Shown here one piece after another: positions 1-9,251 of a stretch of 24,489 bases of DNA. Numbering within the stretch: the first letter of the stretch is position 1; each line of letters starts with the position of its first letter. A model generated the notes under the pieces. That model saw nothing but the letters and a program-made list of their open reading frames with translations. It did no database searches and had not been told where the DNA came from. Origin of the DNA: Promethearchaeota archaeon (GTDB taxonomy: Archaea > Asgardarchaeota > Lokiarchaeia > Sigyniarchaeales > SOKP01); the NCBI GenBank assembly GCA_048938025.1, contig JBHLMP010000052.1, positions 1 to 24,489 on the forward strand, read 5' to 3'. Position numbers and translations under genes: made by a program.

Positions 1-1707
1 GCTTTTCCTTTTAGAGACAAAGAAGAAGTCGTGATAGAATTAAAAGGTGAGCACTTGGAAATTCGAAAGATCTATAACCTAAGTGACCTAACAAAAGTCT
101 ATGATATTCAAGATGCTACACTGCCAAAAATGATTGAAAGTAAAGCACTAATTAATAAAGACAAGCCATTCATTTATTTTCATGATGAGGTTTATACGTA
201 TGAAGATGTAAATATAATTTCAAATCAGATAGCTAATGGACTTATAAAACAAATTAAAAAATTACAATTGAAAAATCCTAATATTTCCTTGATATTTCCA
301 AATAATCCAGAGGCTCTATTTTGTTGGTTCGCTATAGCAAAAACCGGTAGCGTGTTTGTACCAATAAGTTACCTATTAAAAAAGGATTTACTGGAATTTA
401 TATTGAGAAACAGCAATTCTGAGATTTTAATTATTGATTATATATATCTTGCGAATGTTAAGGAGATTTACGAAAATTTACCCAATATTAAGAAAATATT
501 TATTCGAAACGCACCAAATGATTATGAATATGATGAGAAATATGCTAGTTTTGCAGAAATCTTTTCTGAAAATTTAGAGAATCCTAATATTCATATGAAT
601 AGTTTTCATCCTCTTGAAATATCGTATACATCAGGGACTACAGGAATACCAAAAGGAGTGTTATATAGAAATTATTATACATTGTCAGGAATTAGTGTAG
701 GAAGGCAGTTGGAAGATTTAGGATTTGGTAGTAACTTTGATAAATTTTATTGTCCCTTGCCATTATTTCAAGGATTAGAACGATATTTCTTGATAATTCC
801 AATAATTTATTATAATGGATCGATAATAATCGCAGAAAAATTTGATGTTTCAACTTTTTGGAGTGATATTGAAAAATTTAAACCTGATGGTTTTTGTTAT
901 TATGGAGCACACTTAACAATGTTAGTAAATCAACCACCATCAAAAAGTGATCGAAATCATTCAATTAAATATGCATTTGGTGCTGGTGCCTTAAAAAAGA
1001 TATGGGAAACCTTCGAAAGAAGGTTTGGGATTCAAATAATTGAAATGTGGTCTCTTGTTGAGGGCATTGGTTTTACTATAAATAATGTAGGTTCCAAAGG
1101 GGGAAAACTAGGATCTATCGGAAAATCAGCACGGGGTGTTGAAATTAAAATCGTTGATTCAGAAGGCAAAGTACTTCCCCCTGGACGAGATAATATCGGT
1201 GAAATCTGCGCTAGGACAAGACTTCCGTTTGAGCTTAAATACTATAATTTACAAGAAGAGACAATAACAAGAAAAGGAGAAGATCGATGGGTTTACACAG
1301 GGGATTTTGGATATGCAGACCATGAAGGTTTCATATATTACTTAGGAAGGAAATCAGATATGATTCGTAGAGAAAAGGAGATATTTTTTGCAGTAGATAT
1401 CGAAATAGTCGCAAATTCACATCCACTTATAGTTGAAAGCGCTGTTTTTGAAGTTTCTGATAGTAAATCCTCGGAAATACATTTGAAAATATGTGCTGTA
1501 ATTCAAAAAGGAGCTTCGATTACTCACAAAGAGTTTTATAAGTTTCTACAACAAAACTTGGCGTATTTTATGGTTCCAAGATACATAGAATTTAAAGAAG
1601 AATTACCAAAAAATGCAAATGAACTAATTCAGAAATTTATTCTTAGAAATGAATGGAAGTCAGGAAAATCATTAAAAAATACCTATGATGCGAAGAGTAC
1701 CATTTAA
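1..1707 (+). CDS. AMP-binding (CaiC-like acyl-CoA synthetase fold) protein, probably 5'-truncated by the window edge, with a putative N-terminal AbrB/MazE-like segment
   Basis: P-loop YTSGTTGIPKG plus TGDFG and GRKSD motifs. The frame is open from base 1 (AFPFRDKEEV before the GTG at 31), so the true start probably lies upstream. Confidence 0.85.
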   Translation, partial: AFPFRDKEEVVIELKGEHLEIRKIYNLSDLTKVYDIQDATLPKMIESKALINKDKPFIYFHDEVYTYEDVNIISNQIANGLIKQIKKLQLKNPNISLIFPNNPEALFCWFAIAKTGSVFVPISYLLKKDLLEFILRNSNSEILIIDYIYLANVKEIYENLPNIKKIFIRNAPNDYEYDEKYASFAEIFSENLENPNIHMNSFHPLEISYTSGTTGIPKGVLYRNYYTLSGISVGRQLEDLGFGSNFDKFYCPLPLFQGLERYFLIIPIIYYNGSIIIAEKFDVSTFWSDIEKFKPDGFCYYGAHLTMLVNQPPSKSDRNHSIKYAFGAGALKKIWETFERRFGIQIIEMWSLVEGIGFTINNVGSKGGKLGSIGKSARGVEIKIVDSEGKVLPPGRDNIGEICARTRLPFELKYYNLQEETITRKGEDRWVYTGDFGYADHEGFIYYLGRKSDMIRREKEIFFAVDIEIVANSHPLIVESAVFEVSDSKSSEIHLKICAVIQKGASITHKEFYKFLQQNLAYFMVPRYIEFKEELPKNANELIQKFILRNEWKSGKSLKNTYDAKSTI

Positions 1708-1712
1708 TTGTA

Positions 1713-1886
1713 TTAATATGGTGTGAATTTATCCTTAGCATATAATCCTCCTTCCACAAAACCTAGCGCATAAAAAGTCTGTATCCTCGCAATCATGAAA
1801 AAAAGAGTTATTCCAAATCCAGATAAAAATACTTGAACTATAATAATACTAATATCTAATTCATCATTCTTAACATGCCAATCCAT
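1713..1886 (-). CDS. Possible small membrane protein or gene remnant (57 aa)
   Basis: Hand-translated MDWHVKNDELDISIIIVQVFLSGFGITLFFMIARIQTFYALGFVEGGLYAKDKFTPY, with one hydrophobic stretch. No family recognised. Confidence 0.25.
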   Translation of the reverse strand: MDWHVKNDELDISIIIVQVFLSGFGITLFFMIARIQTFYALGFVEGGLYAKDKFTPY

Positions 1887-1890
1887 TACA

Positions 1891-2013
1891 TCAAAAAATC
1901 TTTAACATTATTATTATGATGTTTTTCAGCTTTTCATAGTCTATCTTAAGGTTATACTTCCTGAAGCCCTGGAAAATGCTGCTATTATCAATAAAAATTA
2001 TAATTCGTTCTAT
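1891..2013 (-). pseudogene. 5' fragment of a NYN (LabA/DUF88, PIN-like) domain gene
   Basis: Translates as IERIIIFIDNSSIFQGFRKYNLKIDYEKLKNII..., matching the NYN N-terminal pattern (IFIDxxN...IDYEKL). No ATG (ATA instead), and it stops after 40 codons. Confidence 0.6.
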
Positions 2014-2094
2014 TTTATGAACAAATACACTTCTAATAAAATGCTATAAAATAACAATTAAAGTTTTTTATATATAATCAATTTGTTAATTATT

Positions 2095-2613
2095 ATGTTA
2101 ACGAAGTTATTCGATCAACTTGAGAAAGATCAATTAAAAGAACTTCTTATTAAATGCTGGATGACTCACGATGGTTCATGGTTCTATAACTGTGCCCATG
2201 AATTAGGTATTGACGCTGCTAATAAATTAAATAAAGCTGCTATTAAAACTCTTTCAGTCATTGAAATGCAAAGAATAAAAAAGGCAATGCGATTGGAAAA
2301 AGAAAAAATAGAGACCTTTGAACAGTTAAAAGATTTTATTATTAATGCCTTTAGTGTATTAAAAGGGAATTTTATGGACTTTAATTATACCTTTACTGAA
2401 AATAATCGGATACATTGGGAAATAAATCGATGTTTTGCTTACGAAGGCATGAAAATGATTGGAGTTAACAAACAATATGAATGTGGTGTGATATACCGTA
2501 TTAGTTGCTGGTTAGATGCTTTGGGAATTAAACATATAATCGAGCCAGAAATCGATAAATGTCTACTAAATTCTCAAGAAAAATGTTCTGGACATATAAC
2601 TGTGAATTTTTAA
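2095..2613 (+). CDS. DUF6125-like (V4R/ATC-hydrolase-like fold) protein
   Basis: KCWMTHDGSWF motif and conserved Cys (CFAY, YECG, KCL...KC). ATG at 2095 preferred over TTG at 2083. Confidence 0.65.
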   Translation: MLTKLFDQLEKDQLKELLIKCWMTHDGSWFYNCAHELGIDAANKLNKAAIKTLSVIEMQRIKKAMRLEKEKIETFEQLKDFIINAFSVLKGNFMDFNYTFTENNRIHWEINRCFAYEGMKMIGVNKQYECGVIYRISCWLDALGIKHIIEPEIDKCLLNSQEKCSGHITVNF

Positions 2614-2688
2614 TTGAATTCATTAAAATCAGCTTTTAGTTTCTCATAATCAATTTTTAATGCTTTGTATTTATTTTTGTTATCTTCC

Positions 2689-2850
2689 TTATTCCTTGTC
2701 CTCTCCCATTATTTTAAAAATCCATCTTAATTTGCATTGACGGGAACAGAAAAATCGCTTTACTGGTTCTTGGCTTATATTAATATGGTAATATTCCTTA
2801 TTCCATTTATTATTCACGATGTTTTTTCCACAGTTTTCGCAATAAGGCAT
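2689..2850 (-). CDS. Small TRASH/MYM-type treble-clef zinc-finger protein (53 aa), paralog A; not in ORF track
   Basis: MPYCENCGKNIVNNKWNKEYYHINISQEPVKRFFCSRQCKLRWIFKIMGEDKE has CxxCG...FCSxxC and is clearly homologous to 8368-8520. Confidence 0.8.
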   Translation of the reverse strand: MPYCENCGKNIVNNKWNKEYYHINISQEPVKRFFCSRQCKLRWIFKIMGEDKE

Positions 2851-2913
2851 TATTCTTTTTCTCTCGTTGCTTAATCTCTTTAAATTATTCCATCATTAGT
2901 TGTATTGCGTTTA

Positions 2914-2935
2914 ATTACTCTAAGATGCTCATAGA
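2914..2935 (-). promoter_or_regulatory. Conserved 22-nt leader motif, copy A
   Basis: + strand ATTACTCTAAGATGCTCATAGA; same pattern and spacing at 8579-8600 and 23588-23609. Confidence 0.5.
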
Positions 2936-3002
2936 ATTATGATCTCAAATGGAGCTAATATGATTACTAATATCCTAACGATAATAACTTTTTTTATATA
3001 AT

Positions 3003-3079
3003 ATAAAAAATAGAAAATTAATTTGCCGCATCTGTCGAAGCTGTGCAGCGAGGTGTATCGGCTCAGTGAGAAATATGAA
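3003..3079 (+). pseudogene. rnhA fragment 1
   Basis: 67/77 nt identical to 10055-10131 of the intact rnhA. Encodes KK*KINLPHLSKLCSEVYRLSEKYE (TGG>TAG). Confidence 0.9.
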
Positions 3080-3279
3080 GAAATAATCTTATAATTAGAA
3101 AACTTAAAAATAATTTACCTATTACTAAAATTATTCTATTTCTCTTAACCATTGATTGACTGGAATTCCACAATATGAACATCTAGGCTAGAACAGAAAA
3201 AAGTTAGTGCATATTTATTATAAATAGATTAAAATTTGCATCAATAGTTAAATATTGAATTTGAGTAAATTTGGAATGA

Positions 3280-5100
3280 TTAACTAGTTTTTAATTTACT
3301 TTGACTCAAGTGCCAATCAAGACTTTGATGCTCAAAATATTGCTTATAAAGTAGAGCATATTTTCCACCTTTAGCAAGTAAAGCATCATGAGTTCCTTCT
3401 TCAATGATTTTTCCATGATCCATTACAATGATTCTATCCGCATTAACAACAGTTGATAACCTATGAGCAATTATTATTGATGTACGATTAGTTAATAATT
3501 CTTGAAGAGCTTCTTGAATTATTGTCTCAGTATAGGCATCTACACTTGAAGTTGCTTCATCAAGGATAAGAATTTTTGGATTACTCAAGATCGCTCGAGC
3601 AAAACTAATGATTTGCTTTTGCCCCGTAGATAATCCCTTTCCTCTTTCACCTACTCGTGTTTCTATACCTTCCGGTAAATATTTGATAAGCTCTTCAGCA
3701 TGAACCGTTCTAATCGCGTTCCATAGTTCTTCTTCAGAAGCGTCGCGTTTTCCATAACGAATATTTTTTTCTAATGTCCCTGAAAATAAAAATACTTCTT
3801 GTTGAACTATCCCAATATTTCTTCTAAATGAATCCAATGTCATATTTCTAATATCTATTCCATCGATTTTAATTGATCCTCCTTGAAATTCATAAAAACG
3901 TGCTAAAAGTGATACTAATGAGGTTTTTCCTGCTCCTGTGTGTCCAACAATCGCTAGTTTTTCTCCTTTTCCTACCCTAAGATTAAATTCTTTAAAAACC
4001 CATTCATCATCTCTGTAGTAAAAGCTAACATTTTCAAAAAAAATTTCTCCTTCCAATTCTCCTACTTCTATTGCTCCAATATTTTGTTTTACGTTTGGTT
4101 CAGAATCAAGTATTTCAAGAATACGTTCATAAGCAGCCATTCCAGAGCTAAGTTGAGGAAAAAATGTAGAGAGAACCATTATCGGCCTAAAAAATCGTTG
4201 GAGATAAAGTATAAATATAAAAATCATTCCAGTGGTTAAATTACCTTCTATAACAAGCTGTCCACCAAAATATAAAATCACTAATAAGGTAATTGCTGCA
4301 ATTATGTTTAATAAATGTCTCCATAGATGTGTTACTGCTGTCAATTTAAAAGTTGATTTGAAATAATCCTTGTTAATCTCGTTAAATTGATTTGATATTG
4401 TTGCTTCTTGACCATAACTTTTAGAGACATGAATACCTTCTATGGATTCTACCATTGCATTATTAACATTCTCTATTGCCTTTCGATAAGCTCTACTGAC
4501 TATTCTTGCTAGCTTTCTAAGAGAAATCATCAATAAAAATACGAATGGTACGGCAATTAAAGCTATAAGGGCAAGATATAAATTTATGAATGCTAAAATA
4601 GCAAATGTTAATATACTAATGAGAAAATTACCAGCAGTCTCAGATATTAAAGAGGTCGTATCTCCAAAATCTAAAGCATCATTTGCAACTCTCGTGTTTA
4701 AAGCGCCACTCTGATACTTGTCAAAAAAAGTCATGTCTTGCATTTGTAATTTATCATAAATATCCATTCGGAGATTTTCTAAGAAATGAGGGACAAAATT
4801 TCCGTATTCTCTTCTACGTAAAAAAAACATTAACCAATCAATAGCAGATAGAAAAACGTAAGTCAAGGCAAGAATTATTATTAATAAAAAGTTAATGTTT
4901 GTAGAAGATAATTCATCAACCCCAAATCCTACTATTAAGGGACTAATAATTTCTGCAATAGTAGAGATGAGAATATATAACGCAATTAAGAATATACTCC
5001 TTTTATACGGAACCAATCTTTTCGTGTATCGAACGAATAACTCTCGATCAGAATAATGGTGCTTTCTCTGCTCGTCCATCAAGCCAGAATAAAGTCCCAA
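3280..5100 (-). CDS. ABC exporter TMD-NBD subunit, TM288/TmrA-like half of a heterodimer
   Basis: N-terminal TM domain, Walker A GHTGAGKTS, non-canonical signature LSTGQ, Walker B ILDE, H-loop AHRL. TTG start behind a G-rich SD. Confidence 0.92.
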   Translation of the reverse strand: MGLYSGLMDEQRKHHYSDRELFVRYTKRLVPYKRSIFLIALYILISTIAEIISPLIVGFGVDELSSTNINFLLIIILALTYVFLSAIDWLMFFLRRREYGNFVPHFLENLRMDIYDKLQMQDMTFFDKYQSGALNTRVANDALDFGDTTSLISETAGNFLISILTFAILAFINLYLALIALIAVPFVFLLMISLRKLARIVSRAYRKAIENVNNAMVESIEGIHVSKSYGQEATISNQFNEINKDYFKSTFKLTAVTHLWRHLLNIIAAITLLVILYFGGQLVIEGNLTTGMIFIFILYLQRFFRPIMVLSTFFPQLSSGMAAYERILEILDSEPNVKQNIGAIEVGELEGEIFFENVSFYYRDDEWVFKEFNLRVGKGEKLAIVGHTGAGKTSLVSLLARFYEFQGGSIKIDGIDIRNMTLDSFRRNIGIVQQEVFLFSGTLEKNIRYGKRDASEEELWNAIRTVHAEELIKYLPEGIETRVGERGKGLSTGQKQIISFARAILSNPKILILDEATSSVDAYTETIIQEALQELLTNRTSIIIAHRLSTVVNADRIIVMDHGKIIEEGTHDALLAKGGKYALLYKQYFEHQSLDWHLSQSKLKTS

Positions 5101-5115
5101 AGTAATACCCCCTTA

Positions 5116-6891
5116 CTAATCCTCAACTTTAATTTCTGGTAATTCAAGATATTTCCCATATATTCGCCTATAATCTTCTGATCTCTGTAGTAACTCTTGA
5201 TGGTTACCTTCTGCTGTGATTGTTCCATCTTTAAGGACTAAAATATTGTCAGAGGCCCTAATGGTATTTAAACGATGAGTTATTATAATTGTAGTTCTAT
5301 TTCTTAAGACATTTTCAATAGCACGTCCAATTTTTTCTTCTGTTTCACTATCTACTGCTGAAACTGAATCATCAAGAATTACAATATCTGGGTCTGTTAA
5401 AAGAGCACGAGCTATAGCAATTCTTTGTCTTTCTCCTCCAGATAATCGCGTGCCTCTTTCACCAACTATGGTTTCATAACCGTTAGGAAAGTTTTGTACA
5501 AACTCATCCACTTGTGCTAATTTAGCAACTTTAATAATATCTGGTTCTGCTGCATCAGGTTTACCAAATGCAATATTTTCTTTAATAGATCGTGGAAAAA
5601 GATAAATATCTTGTTCAATATAACCTACATGTTTCCTTAATACTTCAAGAGGATAATCTTGTATGTCTACATTATCCAAGAGAATTTTACCTTCTTTTGG
5701 TTTATATAGAGATAAAATTAATTTAGCAAGAGTAGTTTTTCCGCATCCTGTCGGTCCGACTAAAGCAATTGTTTGTTGCGGTTCAATTGAGAAATTGAGC
5801 TTTTTAAAAATGGGTTTACTTATTTTTCCTTTATCTTCATAAGAGAAAGACACATCTTTAAATTCTATTTTCCCTTTAAAATTCTTAGGCCAAGTCTTAA
5901 CTAAATTATTACTTTTCTCACTTTCGCCTTTGGATAGTGCTTTAAACAATCGTGAACATGCAGCAAAACCACTCATCATATCATTAGTTGCCCAGAAGAT
6001 TAAATTCGTTGGCTCAACAAGAGTCGTTAAAAGTAAATTCGCAGCAACTAATTCACCGATTGTCAGCATATCAAAATAGACAAAATTACAACTTATAAGA
6101 AAAAGTATACTTATGGCAATATAAAGAGTTAAAAGTGGGTAATACTTGGACTGAACTTCATTTTCTCCAATCCAATTATCTCTAAAAGCACGTACTGCTG
6201 AAAGAAATTTTTTCCTTTCTGATTTTTCAGTTGTAAAGGTCTTTATCACTGCATTACCACTTATATTATCTTGAAGTACAATCGCGATTTTTGAATGTTT
6301 TTCCATGCGTGCAGCAACAAAAGGGGCAAGTTTCTTTCGATAATAAAGAATAAAATAAACGTAAAAAATGAGGAATGGAATAAAAAATAAAGCTAGCCTC
6401 AAATCAAGAACGACAAATAATATATAAGCCATTATCGCCACCTGAATGAATGGATAAATAAAGAAAGCACCGTGAGAGACCATAGTGTTTATAATTCGTA
6501 GATCATTAGTAGCAAGTGCTTGTAAATCACCTGTTCTAGCACTATCATGGTATTTTAAAGGCTTTGATTGGATTACATCAAAAAATTCTGTTCGCATATT
6601 TTGTTCTGTCTTCAAGCCTAAAAAATGTCCTGCCATCATAGAGCCATAATCCAATACTATATTGGTGATATAGAGAAAAAGCGCTGTGAGAATTAACGGG
6701 ATTATTTCTTTAATATTGCTAATCATAATAGTTTTATCAACAATGTCTCCTAGAATAAGAGGAATTAAAGTTCTTGTTAATGTAACGAGAGTAATCCCTA
6801 AAATCAAGAATATCATTAAAAATTTCTGTTTAAGTAGATGATGTAAGAGCCAAGTTAGATAGCTCTTATAGGTCTTTTGTTTTGAGTTCAT
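5116..6891 (-). CDS. ABC exporter TMD-NBD subunit, TM287/TmrB-like half of a heterodimer
   Basis: Walker A GPTGCGKTT, canonical LSGGERQR, Walker B ILDD (catalytic Glu replaced by Asp). 15 bp from its partner gene. Confidence 0.92.
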   Translation of the reverse strand: MNSKQKTYKSYLTWLLHHLLKQKFLMIFLILGITLVTLTRTLIPLILGDIVDKTIMISNIKEIIPLILTALFLYITNIVLDYGSMMAGHFLGLKTEQNMRTEFFDVIQSKPLKYHDSARTGDLQALATNDLRIINTMVSHGAFFIYPFIQVAIMAYILFVVLDLRLALFFIPFLIFYVYFILYYRKKLAPFVAARMEKHSKIAIVLQDNISGNAVIKTFTTEKSERKKFLSAVRAFRDNWIGENEVQSKYYPLLTLYIAISILFLISCNFVYFDMLTIGELVAANLLLTTLVEPTNLIFWATNDMMSGFAACSRLFKALSKGESEKSNNLVKTWPKNFKGKIEFKDVSFSYEDKGKISKPIFKKLNFSIEPQQTIALVGPTGCGKTTLAKLILSLYKPKEGKILLDNVDIQDYPLEVLRKHVGYIEQDIYLFPRSIKENIAFGKPDAAEPDIIKVAKLAQVDEFVQNFPNGYETIVGERGTRLSGGERQRIAIARALLTDPDIVILDDSVSAVDSETEEKIGRAIENVLRNRTTIIITHRLNTIRASDNILVLKDGTITAEGNHQELLQRSEDYRRIYGKYLELPEIKVED

Positions 6892-6916
6892 ATAAGCAAA
6901 TTGTTAATGATTCGTT

Positions 6917-6940
6917 TGATATTAAGAATTTCTTAAATCA
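6917..6940. promoter_or_regulatory. Inverted repeat upstream of the ABC operon (candidate operator)
   Basis: TGAT(A)TTAAGAA-T-TTCTTAA-ATCA, 25-50 nt upstream of the ATG at 6891. AT-rich, so it could be chance. Confidence 0.3.
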
Positions 6941-7129
6941 TAAAAAATTAGTGGAAAAAGTTAATGCAGAAATTAGAAAAAATCTGGACTTTTAAATATG
7001 ATATATCTTTGACAGCAAATTGATATTTATGTTAAAGAATCAGCATTTATAATATCTAAAAAAAATTATTGATTAATTTGAGTAATGAATTGGAATCAAG
7101 AATGAATTTTACTGATTAATATCATATGA

Positions 7130-8125
7130 TTATCTCTTTAAAGCAGAATTGATAATGTAACCTAAAATTCTTCCTTTTATTGAAAAAAAATCATTAAAAA
7201 GTTTGAAAAGTTCTGAATCAAAGGAGGGATTGGCATTTAAATCAAGTAAGAAAAAATTGGAATCTTGGTCAAGTAACCAGTCATATCTTACATAGTCTTT
7301 ACAATTTGTAATTAATTTTAAATCAATTAGTTTATCCTCAATATTCTTTAATAAATGCGAATTTTCAATATCGCATCTTTTATAGAATTGGTCTACAGGA
7401 AGAAGGCTATAATTCTTTTGTTCAAAGTCATAAAACTTTTTTGGAGTTACTTGGATGGTGAATGCTTTAACATCATTACACTCATCATTACCAATAATTA
7501 ATGTTGTATATTCTCTTGCGTCTTCAATAAACTCTTGAATAAGAATTATCTCTTTCTGGCCTAAAATATTCTCTATATATTCAATTCTCTCCATGACTTC
7601 TTTAAACGAATTACAAATACTATTTTCATCAAGGAGTAAAGAATCTCCTGAAATCCCCATTTTTACAATAACTGGCGATCTTAATACTTTAACCTTTTCT
7701 TCTAAAAACCTCAAATCAATCCCTTGATAATATTTCACCGTATTTGGATGATTTATTCCTAAATATTCAAATAAATATAACATGAGATCTTTCCGTTCGA
7801 AAAATTCAACATAATTAGCTTGTCGACCTGTATATTTTATCCCTAAGAAATTAAATAATTCAATGAAAAAAGCATTTTTTGAAAAATCATTTTCATATCC
7901 ATTATCCGCTAAATTAACAACTAAGTCGATCTGGTCCTTATTTTGTAAAAAGTAATCGATACTCTTATTATGGGCATCTAACATTAAAATATCGTATTTA
8001 TCTTTTAATAGATCTAATTCATTTTGAAAATCCTCAAAATCAGTATAACCCTCTATAGGCAATTCAAAATCATAAATTTTTATATTGTTTATCTTATCAT
8101 AAAAAAGAACTACAATATTTTTCAT
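7130..8125 (-). CDS. ATP-grasp protein, D-Ala-D-Ala ligase-like
   Basis: LGIKYTG, PVIVK, LIQEFI...EYT, YVRYDW and LDLNANPS motifs of the Ddl-type ATP-grasp fold. Substrate unknown. Confidence 0.75.
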   Translation of the reverse strand: MKNIVVLFYDKINNIKIYDFELPIEGYTDFEDFQNELDLLKDKYDILMLDAHNKSIDYFLQNKDQIDLVVNLADNGYENDFSKNAFFIELFNFLGIKYTGRQANYVEFFERKDLMLYLFEYLGINHPNTVKYYQGIDLRFLEEKVKVLRSPVIVKMGISGDSLLLDENSICNSFKEVMERIEYIENILGQKEIILIQEFIEDAREYTTLIIGNDECNDVKAFTIQVTPKKFYDFEQKNYSLLPVDQFYKRCDIENSHLLKNIEDKLIDLKLITNCKDYVRYDWLLDQDSNFFLLDLNANPSFDSELFKLFNDFFSIKGRILGYIINSALKR

Positions 8126-8367
8126 TTGCTTTTTTCAATTCTCCAATCTTAGCAGAATAAATTTTCCTTTTATTCATTTTAAAATTCTTATTTGAATTAA
8201 GTAATTATGAATAATAAACCTTAATTTATTTGGACCAAATTCAATCCAGTGGGAAATCTCATTAATTGATATAGACTCTGATTTAATTATTCACAGAGAT
8301 TTAAAACAAGATATTTAGAAATATACTATAAAAAGAAATCTATTGAGCCATTATCAAAATAGTAAAA

Positions 8368-8520
8368 TCAATCTTCCATTACTCTAAAAATCCAGCTCAA
8401 CTTACATTTATCGGAACAAAATACTCTTTTTTCTGGTTGCTGACATATATTGATATGCTGATGTACCCTTCCCCATTTATTATTCCCGATGAATTTACCA
8501 CAGAATTCGCAAACCGTCAT
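8368..8520 (-). CDS. Small TRASH/MYM-type treble-clef zinc-finger protein (50 aa), paralog B; not in ORF track
   Basis: MTVCEFCGKFIGNNKWGRVHQHINICQQPEKRVFCSDKCKLSWIFRVMED; shares CExCGK, NNKW, HINI and FCSxxCKLxWIF with paralog A. Confidence 0.8.
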   Translation of the reverse strand: MTVCEFCGKFIGNNKWGRVHQHINICQQPEKRVFCSDKCKLSWIFRVMED

Positions 8521-8578
8521 TACTTCTCTTCTTGTCTATCCTCTTTAAATTCTTCTTTCTTTTACAGATTTAAGTTTA

Positions 8579-8600
8579 ATTACTCTATGTTGCTCATAGA
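8579..8600 (-). promoter_or_regulatory. Conserved 22-nt leader motif, copy B
   Basis: + strand ATTACTCTATGTTGCTCATAGA; coding-strand hairpin TCTATG-AGCAA-CATAGA. Confidence 0.5.
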
Positions 8601-8761
8601 ATAATGATTTATTTATACGTATTTTGTAGGCTTTTGAGTCCTTATATGTCCCCTTCTTAAAAATCCTGTTTATATTGAGAAAGATACAGGTCAAAATATT
8701 ACTCCATAAGTTAGAAAATAAGTTTTTGATTGCAACCAAAACTCAGAAAAAATAGACTTAC

Positions 8762-8908
8762 TTATCTTCTATGCTTTTTATAACATTCTCGACAATAAAC
8801 AGGCCTACCTTCCTTAGGCTGAAATGGAACCTCGCACTCATTCCCACAATCGGCACATGTGGCTTTGTACATTGTTCTATTGCCATAACTTCTCTTTTTA
8901 TACGACAT
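8762..8908 (-). CDS. CxxC-x17-CxxC domain zinc-ribbon protein (48 aa); not in ORF track
   Basis: MSYKKRSYGNRTMYKATCADCGNECEVPFQPKEGRPVYCRECYKKHRR carries the family hallmark VPFxP..GRPVYC; GGTGA SD upstream. Confidence 0.9.
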   Translation of the reverse strand: MSYKKRSYGNRTMYKATCADCGNECEVPFQPKEGRPVYCRECYKKHRR

Positions 8909-9251
8909 GCTTTCACCAAATTTTAATTCTTTTTTTATTTTATACTTGAAACTTTGGAATTTCTCTGCTCAAGTATGTAAGATATGTTTCTAAATTTAAT
9001 AAACGTTCTCATTATGAAAAAAATACAAATAGATTTCCTCTCTAATATATGAAATCTTCGACTCAGTATAATTAATTTTCATTCAAGAAATTCATAATTT
9101 TGATAAACAATAATAATGGGATATGTTTATGGGAATCTAGTTGATGAGGGTGAATATAATGATATAACAACTAAGAAAGAAGAAAGAACCTACTTATTTT
9201 TATACTTTCTAAAATAATTGAAAATAGTGAGAAGATATTTAAAAAATTAGC

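Noticed and set aside
3145-3190. Minus-strand PRCSYCGNSSQSMVK, resembling half of a zinc ribbon
   Set aside because: No start codon and only one CxxC; too short to distinguish a relic from chance.
8286-8318. IIHRDLK kinase catalytic-loop-like peptide on +
   Set aside because: No start codon, no other kinase motif, and a stop follows three codons later; probably chance.
8545-8739. 64-aa ORF from the track
   Set aside because: It overlaps the conserved non-coding leader of Zn-finger B, and the homologous frame in copy A has a stop (TTA>TAA), so the conservation is not protein-level.
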